A stretch of DNA of 51,864 bases, counting the filler, from Bipalium vagum (lineage: Eukaryota): NCBI GenBank assembly GCA_037834085.1. It is 3 parts of 3 records of this genome, joined end to end, with 100 filler letters (N's around TTAATTAATTAA, not from the genome) between each part and the next. Parts side by side here need not be neighbours in the genome. Positions count along the whole stretch, not along the records: positions 16,035 to 31,562 come from JBBMKC010161611.1; positions 31,663 to 51,864 come from JBBMKC010258331.1; 1 more part is not named here. One strand, 5' to 3'. Shown here piece by piece: positions 27,384 to 39,325 of this stretch. Within the stretch, counting starts at the first letter, position 1, and the number at the start of each line of letters is the position of its first letter. Made by a program: the position numbers and the translations under genes. The notes under the pieces are model-generated. The model ran no database searches and was not told the origin of the DNA. It was given only the letters and a program-made list of their open reading frames with translations.

Positions 27384-29590
27384 TTAATATTAATAATAAA
27401 TAAAAAATAATAATCGATTAATAAAATTAGTCGATAATCAAGACCAATTATCGATTTTTTCTGTCAAAAATAAAATAAATAATAATATAATATAATATAT
27501 AATATGATATAAATAATATTGTGAGCGATCGTAGCCCTTTTAAAGAACATTTTAACTTCCTCTCTGACACCTTGTCTTTATTAGCTCCTGAACCTCATCG
27601 ATTGAAAACATTTATTTCTGCCCACATTGGTCCCCAAATCCTGTCGAAGGGATTGGACACACGAAGCGGCACGGCAGTTCAATTAGACCATATTCCCAAT
27701 CCAATCATTAAGAAGTTCTGTGACCGTCCAGTTTCTTATCACACTCAAACAATGCACAATTGTGTTATCGTGTCACAAGTGCTTATGATTCTTTATTACT
27801 TTAGACTAATAAAAGTCGTTCAGCATCTCAGCTTTTAATTCATTGGTGAAGTCAAAGGTTATGGATTCATGCTCGGAATTAAGATGAGGAGAATTATTAA
27901 TAAGCCGTTTCAGTCATCCCACTTAAAGTCATGTCAAAGTCTTAAGTACTCTTAAGGGTTTTGATTGAGATGTGGATAAAGTTCTTTATGATCTTTAGAG
28001 AGATGAGAAAGACGGAACTCAACCCAAGGATCTTGAGGTCAAAAACCCTTCCACTAATCTCTTTTAAACATTATCTAAAATGTGCACCTTACAACATGCG
28101 CTGTCAAAGAGCATGTCACTTGCTGGAAGAATAAACAAATCGATAAGAAGGAGGAAGCGCCACCTGGGGACCATGATGACTTCTCCTACGCAACGTTGGA
28201 GTGAGAGTGATCATAAAAATATATTTAGAAAATCTAACGTTTGCATGCTTGGGTATGCGATATCGGTTTCGTGTGATCTCGGTAGTGGAAAGCCGCGCAC
28301 TCGTTGCAACCATGACCATCCGTATTGTGCTGACAGTCCAGACAGACCCCTCCATGCTGACCGCGAGTCTGCTTAAACATACTCATGCTGAACATGCACT
28401 TATCAGTATGGTTGTAACATTGGCATACTGAAAAATGTAGTGAAGGTAAGGCCATTTGTGTCATTGTTACCAAGGACAACTGCAATTCTCAAAAGTCACT
28501 TACATTTGCAAACATTGGCATTGAGCCGCGTGGCTCTGTCCCAGGGTCGATCAAGATAGTTGGGCTTACATTTCTCGCAGTCCTGGCCTTCCGTATTGTG
28601 TTGGCAGTCACATCGAATCTCGTTGTTGTCATCCAACAAACAGCGACTGGCGTGACCGTTGCATTTGCATCGACCCCCTACCGCCAGATCGGACAGACCG
28701 AAATGGACTATGGGGTCATTTTTCATGTTGACCAGATTGGAAGGAATGTGCAAAAGCGTGTCACTGTGATAGAACATTTCTTTAAATCCGTCAGGTGTCG
28801 ACTTAACGGGCGGAAATCTCATTAAGCTGATCTTCAGGTTTGTCATCGTCATCCATTCGATCAACCCCTGGCTCCAAGGGTGCATTGATGGTCGACCAAT
28901 AGTTGTACTGAACGGTAACACACTTTCGGCTTGTCCCAAATCGTTATAACGGTCCGGAGCCTTGAGTTCTATACAGAGCACTTCTTGGATGTTTGCTATT
29001 GTTATTTGGGAGTTTTGTTCGCTTGTCGTGGGCATCTTAAATGCCCGGTAACAGTCTTGGGAAAAAAATTGCCACGGTTTCCAGGAAAGTCCGAAGTCCA
29101 AACTTTTATAAATGGCAATCGAGTCAGGAAGAGTGCCACAGATCTGGAGGGCAATGTAGTAGACCTCGAAGCTTTTCTTCAAAGAAACGGTTATGTTGAC
29201 CTCGTTTTGGCCGGCTTGTTCTTGCAACGGACCAGAGAACCAGCAAGTTTGATTGTTTGGAATGTGTCGATCTGTTAGATGCATCGGAGGATATGATCGA
29301 TGCTGAGCATCACATATGCTGCAGTATTGTCTGGCTTGAGACGTCGTCCGATCATACCAGCTGCGACAGATCTGCTCTGGTCCATTTATTCCACAGGTAC
29401 TTGTAGCTTCAACCTCCACTTCTTCAATGACATTGGTAAAAGACGGCTGACACTGGGTCGGCTTGCCGTTGGAATAACAAGACGAAGACTGAGATTCATA
29501 AAGGACTTTAATGGAATGAATTCCAACCGATAAATGGAAAATGATGATAGTTCCGAAAAAAAGCATTGAAAGTAAATCTTCATTCACCAT
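24034..29590 (-). CDS. netrin: Netrin (UNC-6/netrin family axon-guidance ligand); 3 identified coding exons, C-terminus unresolved
   Basis: Signal peptide, LamNT motifs (ATSTCG, LTD...TCW, IAIYKSLDFGLSWKPWQFFS..C, LSDLAVGGRCKCNGHAS) and exactly three LE repeats ending GYKQTSSSVKPC (netrin-1: GYQQSRSPIAPC). Exons 29590-28504, 28427-28239 and 24189-24034 join in phase 1 through GT-AG introns. Confidence 0.93.
25841..26350. repeat. Three diverged tandem copies of a ~165-185 bp AT-rich unit in netrin intron 2
   Basis: Units start near 25841, 26007 and 26192. Each has ttttaagttaata...ttgtcc..tattaaaatta...tttgttttaat. Confidence 0.8.
28239..28427 (-). CDS. netrin: Netrin exon 2 (LE2)
   Basis: Acceptor tttttcag after a 76-nt intron. 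Encodes (L)CQCYNHTDKC...GGVCLDCQHNTDGHGCNEC...YRDHTKPISHTQACK. Donor GTTAGA at 28238. Confidence 0.92.
28504..29590 (-). CDS. netrin: Netrin exon 1 (signal peptide, LamNT, LE1)
   Basis: ORF 28496..29590. Donor GTAAGT at 28503 after ...NVCK + T (phase 1). Confidence 0.93.
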
Positions 29591-30440
29591 TTGATTCCGG
29601 TTTTTATGCTTTTAACAGCCAATAGTAATAAAGCTAATAATCAGCCAATGAAAATCGTTGAAAAATAAAATTGTTTAAAACGAAAAAGCAATTTGAAAAG
29701 GAAAATATTGTTGATGGATTGATGAAGACAATTAAAACAAATCGTCGAATTAAGGATTAAAATATCCGTGGAGAAAATATTCGTTTTTATTATTAATTGT
29801 GAAAATAAATCCCGTGGTTTTTGTGATTATTTTTTTAATTGAAAATCAAAGAGATTCTTCAAAGGTATTATCGGGATTACAGGCTGTTCTATTTTTGGTC
29901 ACGAATTCTTTAATGAGGATCAGCTCAAAGGTCTGGGATATTCTTAGGTGGATCCCCTTCCTTTTCATTGTCACAAGTTTAGAAATTTTAAAAGGACAAA
30001 TGAAGCAGCACGGTGATTAAAACAACGTAAATAATCTTTAATGTTCTTCACAAGTCGGAATGTTATTAATAATATATTAGTATTAGTTCTCATGGTTATA
30101 ATAATTTTTTATTCCTAGGCAATAGTGCATGTACCTCAAGACATGCAGTCGTTCTTCACTATGATAACGCCATTACTTATGAGACTCAATAAATCGATGG
30201 CGAGACTCAGTTTGAGGAGCTCTTTTTTCATTTAAGTACATTTTACATAGATTTATAACACAGAATATTTGTCACTTATGTGTTCCAATTTCTCCACGGC
30301 CATTTGTTCTTTTATGTCAAACCAATGCTGACAGCAACCAAGCTTCGTCTGTATGACTCTATCGGATGTCACTTCCGGAAACTTAAATATATTTGAGACC
30401 TCTATATCGAGGCTCTATCTCGAGGGAGAATAGTTAATTA

Positions 30441-30670
30441 CAGGGTGTTCCAATTTCAGGTTACATTTTATAATTCCAATACCCCAAGCAAAACTTATAA
30501 AAAGCGGTAATATATTTATTAGTGGATTGATAGTACGCAGACTCCGATTTCAAAATGAAAAATAATGCCATGAAAGTGGCCTTCTGTTGTTACACGCCAA
30601 ACACTCATTCTTTTACAGAAGTTTTGTATGACATTTTGGCATTACTATGGATTAATTCTGTTCCAATATC
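30441..30670 (-). mobile_element. rosa/DUF4817-type transposon 3' end
   Basis: TA+CAGGGTGTTCC end at 30439. The minus strand gives CQNVIQNFCKRM...EGHFHGIIFH, a typical C-terminus. Confidence 0.65.
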
Positions 30671-31059
30671 TGATATCTCAAAATTTAGGTGACTCCGGTT
30701 CTATTAGGCGGTTCAATTTATAACAAACAGTAAAGCAATAACGTGTATTTATATCACGTTATTATTACTTTACACTGATACAAATGGTACTCGCAAGATA
30801 ACAAAACTTTATCAATTTGTCAAAAGAGTCAGAATAACAATGATAGCAACCACCAAATTGTCAAATAGGTACGAGCATAAATGTGATACTAATCAAACAA
30901 TCATTTAACAATCAAATGTTATCCAAACACAACAATTGAATTTAATAATCAAAGGATAATAATCAAAAAATTAAATATCAATTAATCAATAATTAAATTA
31001 ATAAAAGAAAATTAAAAAAATGATAAATAAGTAAGAAAAAACCTTATAAGATAAGCCCT

Positions 31060-31465
31060 GTCGAGATTCTCGAACAATCAACTGATGACCTGCAGTTGTT
31101 CAGAGATAACCCTCTGATGGGGAACCCGAACACAATCCCCAAGAAAAATTCATAGTATATCTGAAATCCTTATGAATGTTCTAATGATGGTTTAATAATC
31201 CTTTGGTTCTAGTAACATTTATCTTCTTTCTTGTTGCTTTAACACTGAAAATCCTTCTCTATATATTTTTTGGTGTGGTTTTTAAATATGAGGATTGCGC
31301 TTGAGTTATCCTGATCATTCCTAAAATTGTTTTTATCAACATAACAATTAAACAACCATAATTATCTTTGAAAAAATTATCTTAAAAACTTTACTTATTT
31401 TTGGGTTTTTTTAAAGTGGGCTTTCGTCTTATTACTTGTAATATTGTTTATTTCTATCACAAGTA
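31060..31465 (-). mobile_element. Penelope-like retroelement GIY-YIG endonuclease remnant
   Basis: Frameshifted GC..CYVDK (cf. CYIGKT), SSAI..F..H, FSVLK..MLLE and IKPSL-NIH. Confidence 0.5.
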
Positions 31466-31496
31466 TAAATCATTAATCATTAATCATTAATTATTA

Positions 31497-31504
31497 TGAT
31501 TATG

Positions 31505-31562
<58 letters not shown>
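31497..31562. repeat. (ATT)n microsatellite at contig end
   Basis: Directly visible. Confidence 0.9.
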
Positions 31563-31662
31563 NNNNNNNNNNNNNNNNNNNNNNNNNNNNNNNNNNNNNN
31601 NNNNNNTTAATTAATTAANNNNNNNNNNNNNNNNNNNNNNNNNNNNNNNNNNNNNNNNNNNN
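31563..31662. other. Artificial scaffold spacer (44 N + TTAATTAATTAA + 44 N)
   Basis: Same 100-bp structure as 15935-16034. Confidence 0.95.
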
Positions 31663-32619
31663 TATAAAATAATAATATAATATATATGTTTTATATGTAA
31701 ACAGCATTTTTCAAGTCTTATATTTCAGGATCTGGAACAATCAAAGTACGTGAGCTACAGAAAGTTTTCCTTGCCAACGTTGAACAGAGTAATACATAAA
31801 AATTCTTTGAAGCGCCTAAGTTTCTCAAAAAGGGATCTTCGGATTACCAGATCCTCAGAAAAGGTAATTTCATAGGTTTTGTTGGTGAAGTTCTGAAGAA
31901 CCTAACTGTGAGATTCCATTTAAAACCTAGTACTTTTCTTTGAAATAAAGAAAGACTGTTTTTTATAGAAACTTATAACTTTTTGATTTCCTTTTGTTAA
32001 TCTGCTCTAAAGAAGAGGTTACTTTCTCAAATCTGCTAACCTGCAAAAATCAATTATTCAAACAATTTCATTTAAATTTTTTTTAATTGTTTAAATTATC
32101 TTAAATCTTTATAATTCCTTATATCGCCCTTCAGAGACATCTCTTCTGCTTCTCCACATTTCTTTTTTTCCTTTTATCGTCTCCGTTCTGTAGAATAAAT
32201 TTTCTATCGTGTACCTTTATTAAGAATAATGTCAATATTATTTTACGTAGTTTTGTTTTAATGAAGAAACACTTCCTAAGTGAACAACTCGAGATTTGTC
32301 TTAAAGATTATTAATTATATAACGTAATAATAATTTCTGAAGAAGAGACGACCGAGAAAATAAAAAAATTTTTAAATCTGTCTGTTTCGGTTCTCTTGCC
32401 TCACTTAAACAAAGTCGTGAAATTCATCCTGCATAAAACCTCAATCTCAGATGTTTCTTTCAGCTAAAAAATAATGTCCTCGGATGATAAAATGCGAAAG
32501 TCGTGTTACATGTTGAAAGAAAGCACGGTGAACAATGTCATTAGAAAGTTACCATTCAGAAGAGATTCAAGGATTGGCCAACAAATTTGTAGACTTTTGA
32601 GTGATCGAACAAACAAACT

Positions 32620-33335
32620 TGATAGTTATCACATTTTATGGACCTCTGAAACGTCTCTGTTAGACTTTTAACCTTCATCCACACATCTAAATATTTTCTA
32701 AATAATTTCTCTCACATTGAAATTTCTTTTGATCTCTGTTGAATCTGTCAACAGAGTGTGCCGATCCAAATTCACTCTTTTCATTCTTGTCTCATAGAAA
32801 AATTCAGCAGGCTCATATTTGTGGATATTTGCGAAGTATAAATTATAGTAAATTTGATTTATTTAATTTTTTTAGAAAAATCTTAAATTTTTCTCTCTTC
32901 TAACCTTCATTAGATCTCTCATTGTTTGAAATTGTCTTTCAATTTGACCATTTGTGTTGTGATTGTACGGACTTAAAAACACGTTTTTATATTTCCCTCA
33001 TGGCTTTTCACTCGAAGATTCTTCCGAAATCCACGTGTAGTTGTTTGGAGCATTACAATCTCAAAATCTAAAATTTTATTAACATTTTTCGAATGGTTTT
33101 TTTTATTCTTTTTCTCAATTGCCACAAGCATTACATACTTAACCCATCAATCGAATATTCTCAGAATATACATATTACAACTCTCCGTTTCTCTCAATGG
33201 TCTAATTATAACCGCGTAGATCTCAGTAGATATTCCAGTGTCCTGAACTCTTATAACGTCCTCCTTCGATTCCAAGGACAGTTCTTTATGCTTCTGACAA
33301 ACTTTATATGACTGCACTATTTGATTGATTTTAAA
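32620..33335 (-). mobile_element. Ty3/Gypsy integrase remnant
   Basis: IVQSYKVCQKHK (Zn-finger end), RPLRET...YILRIFD*WVKY, QLHVDFGRIFE, SPYNHNTNGQIERQF and an FRGP (GPY/F) remnant. Confidence 0.8.
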
Positions 33336-33655
33336 GATATTTGCAACATTTCGATTTTTCTTGCAGCAACTTACCACTGACGGGAAAGTTCTGACTTTAG
33401 ATTTGTTTAAACCATATCAAAGTGGCCTGCTCAAGATTTGAAATTTTAGTTGTTTTAATTTTGGTATGCTTCATTCCTTCACTAATACTTAATTGATTTG
33501 ATCGCCGATATAGCTTTAATAATTCCAAGTACGCTGGTTCGATAAATATTAAATTTGTTTTGCGATTTCAGTTTGATTTATTTTCTTGTCTGCAGATTGT
33601 CTGTTTTTTTTTTAATACCAGTGTTATTTTTGTCTTTTGTTGTTTATCTGATTGC
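33335..33655 (-). mobile_element. pogo/Tigger (CENP-B-like) transposase N-terminal remnant
   Basis: QTEIAKQ-FNIYRTSVLGIIK (HTH) and NLEQATLIWFKQI*SQNFPVSGKLLQEK (Tc5/CENP-B HTH). Confidence 0.75.
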
Positions 33656-35987
33656 ACTTTGATTGATTTTTTTGAAAAATTTTTAATTAATAGAGTAATC
33701 AATGTAATAATCAATAAAATACCTTCCATTTATTGTTTTTAAAGTTTTATATTAGAGAAGAAAACATTAGGAATAAATATATGTTATGTTTATTTTTAAA
33801 TGTCATCTATGAGAGGTACTTTTACGATAAATTATAGACATTTTATCGATACTTTGATCATCTGTCATCTTAAACAGGCTTGATTGTATAAACACTTTAG
33901 AAGTATTGAAATCTATAGGTTATTAAAAATAAAATAATTAAAATGTAAAATTAATTTATTAAAATCACAATCTTAATTAAACTTTTGGGTTAGAGAATGG
34001 ATCAGCTCATTTAAGTTAAATTTTAAGGAAATATCCATACATTTCTGTTTTTAAGTAAATCCCATTACCAGGAGGGGTTCATTACCAATGACTTCAACTG
34101 AAAGCAAAAACAGTAATAAACCAGCAGTCAATAGCATACTATAAAAAATTATTAATTATTAATGATTATAGTGTTAAATGAAGCATTCTTCTTTGTAAAC
34201 TATCTCTTTATATCAATTAATGATTTTTTTTTCAGATGTCGGATGACCAAAATTTATAAATGTAAGCCGCAAAGAAAAAATTTAGGTATGATAAATTTAA
34301 TTGAAATTAACTAATTAATTAATTATTTAATTTAATTTAATTAATTAATAATTATTTCAACATAAAAAATATTATTTATTATATTAAAAACAGATATTGT
34401 TTCTAGATTTATTTTCTAACAAAGTGATTTTAAGAATACTGTACATTTAATTAATTTTATTAAACTCTAAAGTAACTTCTTTGATCTTTTCCACTTTCTT
34501 TTTAATTATTGAAAGTTACTTGATTTTATTCTGCCTTTGGAATTTCTCTTTTTAAATAACTTTTCTTTTGGTTCTACTTCTCCGTTGGTAACAATTTCAA
34601 CTCTGTCCTGATCTAATAATAAATCTTTTTTTTAATTTTACTTAATGTTTTAACTTTATTTGATATTTTAATTGATACATTGCACTTTTATCAATATTTA
34701 TAGAAATATAATTTAAACATTATATAACTGTATATGATAATACGTTAAAACTGGTGATAAAAATTTCGTTATTTTAAATCTTGTACTGTTGTACTTGACA
34801 TACTTTGTATAAAAAGTGCTCTTATTTTAAGGTTTGTATGTTTAAAATTTAATATTAAATTAAAAATATAACTAACTTTTGATTGGTCAGTTTATATACG
34901 GGGAACATCGACCACTACTGTGCATAACCTGTCATATGACTGTCCTACTTTTTCTTCGCATATAAAATCATATCATTCATATTCTTAACATTTCTTCTGT
35001 AAAGTCTAGCACTATAATAATTAATTAAATTTATATAAAAAATGAATGGATATGCATAATATAATTTCATGACATATAATTCTAAATGATTGGCTTTTCA
35101 ATAAATGAAATGCAGAAAAACAATATTAAATAATAGGCCATAAAAATCAATAAACACTCGTTATAGATTATTTTCTTGTGATCAAAATAATAAACATTGG
35201 ATATTAAATAAAATTTTTATTAAATGTTATATATTTTTAATTATAAAATTAGTTATAACTTATAATTTAATAAAATTAAATTAAAATGCATAATTAATTT
35301 GTCAATATTATTATTATTTTATTATTATTAATATTAATATTATTACAGTCATATTAATGCTATTTTTTAGATTTTAGATGAACGAAATTGAAAATGGTAG
35401 TTTTTTTATTAACAATTTATTCAATAGTTTGATGCACAGTGGAGTATAATAAATATTTTTGTTACTTTTATTATGTTTTCTAATTTAAAGAATTAAAATA
35501 TTATTCTAAGCTTAATATTGTAAATAATAACAATAAAGATTGTTAAATATGAATAATCATGATTAGTTTTATAGAATAAAAAATATATTTATATTTTATA
35601 TAGCCTTACTCGTCAAGGAATTCTACAAGGCTAGACTAAATGAAAAATAAAAGAAGTCAATTAGTCTTTTGCGGTGACAATATAATGAAAATCAAAAATT
35701 ATTAAAATAATTATGCTTCTTTCTTATCTGATTTTTAGCTAAAATAAGTTTGAAAACTTCACAATAATTAATAAATTAAGAACAATTAGATTTTAACAAT
35801 ATATTCGGGAAATATTATTTTGTTGACGTAGATATCTGACATGTGAGCCTTAAATAAAACACACTCAAGACAATAGACTTTTACTAATCATACAACAATT
35901 AATTACAAATTTAATAATATCAAGAGTTCACCTTTTAATAAAAATCTACTCAAGCAATACAAACTAACAATGAAATAAAATAAAACA

Positions 35988-36815
35988 CAAGGTGTGTATA
36001 AATTTACTTTTTTCTAAGAAATAGAATTTCTGATATTTAATGTAAGTGTTTAATTGTTTTAATAAGTCGATACTATCGAATTTAATTACAGTAAATTTTA
36101 ATTTTAATAATGTTGACCATTGAAGAAAGAGTTCAATTTGTTTTACTGATATCTAAGATAAAATCACTCACATTAGTCAGAAAGTATCTTGAACAATTGA
36201 AATGGAAAAGATATCTACAGTGAGGATAATGTGGAAGATATTTGGAAAATTAAGAGACTAAGAATATTTTTATTCTTTGGAAGTCTGAAAGATCATCAAT
36301 TAAAAATGAAAAGATATGTAAATTAAGTGAGGTCTATGACGAAGAATATGAGAAATCTATAAAAACTGCTTCTAAAGAAGTTAGATACAATTTTAAAGCT
36401 GGACACAATGTAGTACAAAAAGATCTTCAACAAAGATGGATGTCTTGTAAGAGATTTTGTAAACATCAACTTTTCTGGGAGATTGACAGGACTGGAACGT
36501 TCCATGGAGTTGTCAGATCTCCAGGCTTAATAACACTTGATTTCTTCCTTTGTGAACATCTAAGGCAGAGATATATAGAAGAAAACCAAAAGATGTCCAA
36601 GATATTATTCAAATAAAGGTGATTAGAATACTACCAGAAATATATTGTAAAAATTTGAATGGCTTTTATAATCGATTACCTAATTGCATTAAAGTAAATG
36701 GTCATTCTGTAGAAAAATATTAAGTTTTAAAAATAAATGATTAAATGTCAAAATTTTGCAGTCTTACATTAAATGTATTTTACGGTATTACATTTCAAAA
36801 TCGGATACTTACCAA
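35988..36815 (+). mobile_element. rosa/DUF4817-type element, internally deleted
   Basis: MLTIEERVQFVLL from ATG 36110, RSPGLITLDFFLCEHL (cf. RSPDLTPLDFFLWGYL) and FYNRLPNCIKVNGHSVEKY* (stop 36721-36723). Degenerate end CAAGGTGTGTA at 35988. Confidence 0.75.
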
Positions 36816-36847
36816 TTTATTTTTATCGTTTTATTTAAATTATGACA

Positions 36848-37270
36848 TTAATAGATATAACATTGTTTACCTTCTTCGATTTGACTGGATTCGAAAATCT
36901 TCACATCCTTGATTGTATTAAGCTGTTTTTGATTTTGTAATATTTTTCCCTCTTTCACAAACTCATCGGGACCTGGGTAACATGAAGATGCCATCAGTGA
37001 GGATAACAGAGTATTCTGCAATCCTCGGAGAAAAGTAACTCTGCGTCTCAACTGGAATTTAACCAAATTTCCTGATCAGACATCAGAGGACATTGGTTTA
37101 CCATCTTCTGTATCTCTAACCTCTTGAGAAGTGTGGTTTATGAATTGATATACGCAGGTACTTGTTCCCGTTATTCCCTACAGATTGCATGTTACAGTTG
37201 ATAGTCAAACATCCTTTCCCGAATTTCTAGCTCCCATAGAAACCGCTTTAATAGACAAAGAATTGTTCAT
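36848..37270 (-). pseudogene. Probable decayed Rho/Rac-family small GTPase pseudogene
   Basis: Collinear frameshifted motifs: IKAVSMGARNSGK-CLTI (P-loop; Rac IKCVVVGDGAVGKTCLLI), DGKPMSSDV* (DGKPVNLGLW), EDCRILCYP-TDGIF (EDYDRLRPLSYPQTDVF) and IKDVKIFESS (IGAVKYLECS). Confidence 0.5.
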
Positions 37271-37879
37271 AAGTTACATTGCAGAATACAGAATTTTTAA
37301 AGTTATTATTATTTGCAAACGATCTTAACGTTGGAAGACGAGAATTTTGCATAAATTTGTAAACTATTCTATAATTGGAAGATGACAGATTTTACAATTG
37401 GAAGACGACATTTTTGTGAAGGCAACTTATTCTATTTTCATTTTAAAATTATAAAAGTAGAGAAATTAAGTAACAAAATATGTATTTATATAAAAAATAA
37501 TTTTAATTAGAAATTAGTATAATAATTTATGGCAACATTATAATTTGTAATACTTTATTAATAAATGCTAAGTTTACTGCATGAAAAATTAATAAAATAG
37601 TTTGCAACAGAATCTGAATTTGTTCGGGTGTTACAGTGTAAGGCATTCATTGAACACAAGGATATTTGGCGCTTGATAATTCAATTTGATTTTTTCCTTT
37701 ATTTTACAGTAACTGGCCATTGAAATAGACTCAAGCAAAATATATCGTTTATTTTAATCGTAAATTCAATTAAAAATGGTTTTTTACGTAATTCATTATT
37801 AACTACAAGAATAATGATTTATTAAACTTAAAACACTATAAAAATGTTATACATATCTATTGCACAAAAGAAATTAATA

Positions 37880-38455
37880 TTAATATTCCCTTATTTTTAA
37901 GAAGTAGTTGCACTCTTGATTACATGCTTTCGAAATAATTTATGGCTGTCTGCTAAACGTTTTTGTTTTTATTCACAAATACTTTACTTTTTCGATCATT
38001 TTACATGTCATAGTCATTTTTTCAAGAGTTAGGTGATCTTTCAAAGCCTTCCAAGCATTCTCTATCCGATTTATGTTAGGAGAATTACCGGGCCAGTCCA
38101 AAAGTTGTATTTTTACTGCATTGACATATATTTTTGAATTACCTTAGCTCTGAGGCAAGATCCTCCATCATGCATGAACTAAAATCGTTCACGATCAGGA
38201 AACCAAATTTGTAAATGAGGCCGTATTTCATTCTGGAGCACTTGCAGATATTGCTGAAAATTCATGTTGCCATCCAAAAAATAAAATTTTCCACCCCCTT
38301 TTGCAGATATAATGTATCATATCATTACTATAGTCGAATGCTTAACCCCTTTGGCTCACAAAAGGACCTTTCATTTGATCGACGAAGATCAAATTTAATA
38401 CGGTCATTGTTAAGAACGATTAAGCTTTCATTCGAGAAGCAAACCTTACGTAAGA
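37880..38455 (-). mobile_element. Tc1-family (DD34E) transposase remnant
   Basis: KVCFSNES, DGNMNFQQYLQVL, FMHDGGSCLRAK and LDWPGNSPNINRIENAW. Confidence 0.85.
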
Positions 38456-39084
38456 AATTAAACCGATTTAATGAAAACCGTTTTGTAGAAATTAATTTTT
38501 ACTAACTTTTGACCAAAGTGTATCTCCGTAGTGTTTGTATTTCAGTTTTCAAGCTTATACAATAAAAATATAACAAGTGAAATCACAATCAAATTAGTTC
38601 AGTGAAATAACATTGTTTGTAAAATAATACTTAAGTATATTTCAATGCCAAGTACTTTGGTGATGGTGTTTGTATTAGTTTGAGTGTAAAGGTTGTACTT
38701 CTGTGGATATCACGATTTTGACTATATTGAGAAATTGTGTAATTTATTATACTATCAAATAGAAGTTTTAGAATTATCTGTCACTGATTTATAAAGTCAA
38801 GAGTAACTGTGAATACCCATAATATATTGGAGTCAGATCTTAGTACATTTAGTTAATAAAAATATTAACATATTAATAATTTTTTAAAGAAAATTTAAAG
38901 TTTTTTCATTAAAAGAGGATACAAAATTTCATGTACCTACCTAGAACAAACACTTTAGGATGTCTCCACGAAAGAGATCTCTAACTTGCCAAGTTTATCT
39001 TATTTAATATTATTAAAATTAACAAAATAACTTAATCTAACTCTGTTTTTATGGTTAGGTAATGTTTATGCAAACGGGATTAAA

Positions 39085-39325
39085 ACAGAAAGGATTTGTC
39101 AAGGAGCAATATTACCTTTTCATGTTTATCAGCCCATTCTGATCTTTTGGCAATGATTTCTTTATTTAATTGTATAAGTTTTTGTTCAGAAAGGTAAGCA
39201 TTAACTGTTTCACAAACTTTCAGTAATTCATGAAAAAAAACATTTGTGATCCCATCATATGCATAGGAGCACCTTTTTACATTTTGCTGTTGAGTTTGTC
39301 GATTGTCCTGGAACAGCTAACTATC
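39085..39325 (-). mobile_element. Mariner catalytic-domain fragment
   Basis: PGQSTNSTAK, KKVLLCI*WD, HELLKVCETVNA and KRSEWADKHEKVILLLD. Confidence 0.8.

Noticed and set aside
28080-29583. Several ORFs antisense to or frame-shifted within netrin
   Set aside because: Shadow ORFs of GC-richer coding sequence with no independent motifs.
29616-29649. Two CAGCCAAT (CCAAT-box-like) words upstream of the netrin ATG
   Set aside because: Only 26-60 nt from the ATG, so probably within the 5' UTR, and the TSS is unknown.
19477-30441. Two CAG(G/T)GT transposon ends flanking netrin as a composite transposon
   Set aside because: The element bodies extend away from the gene, so netrin lies outside both, and the two ends differ in sequence.
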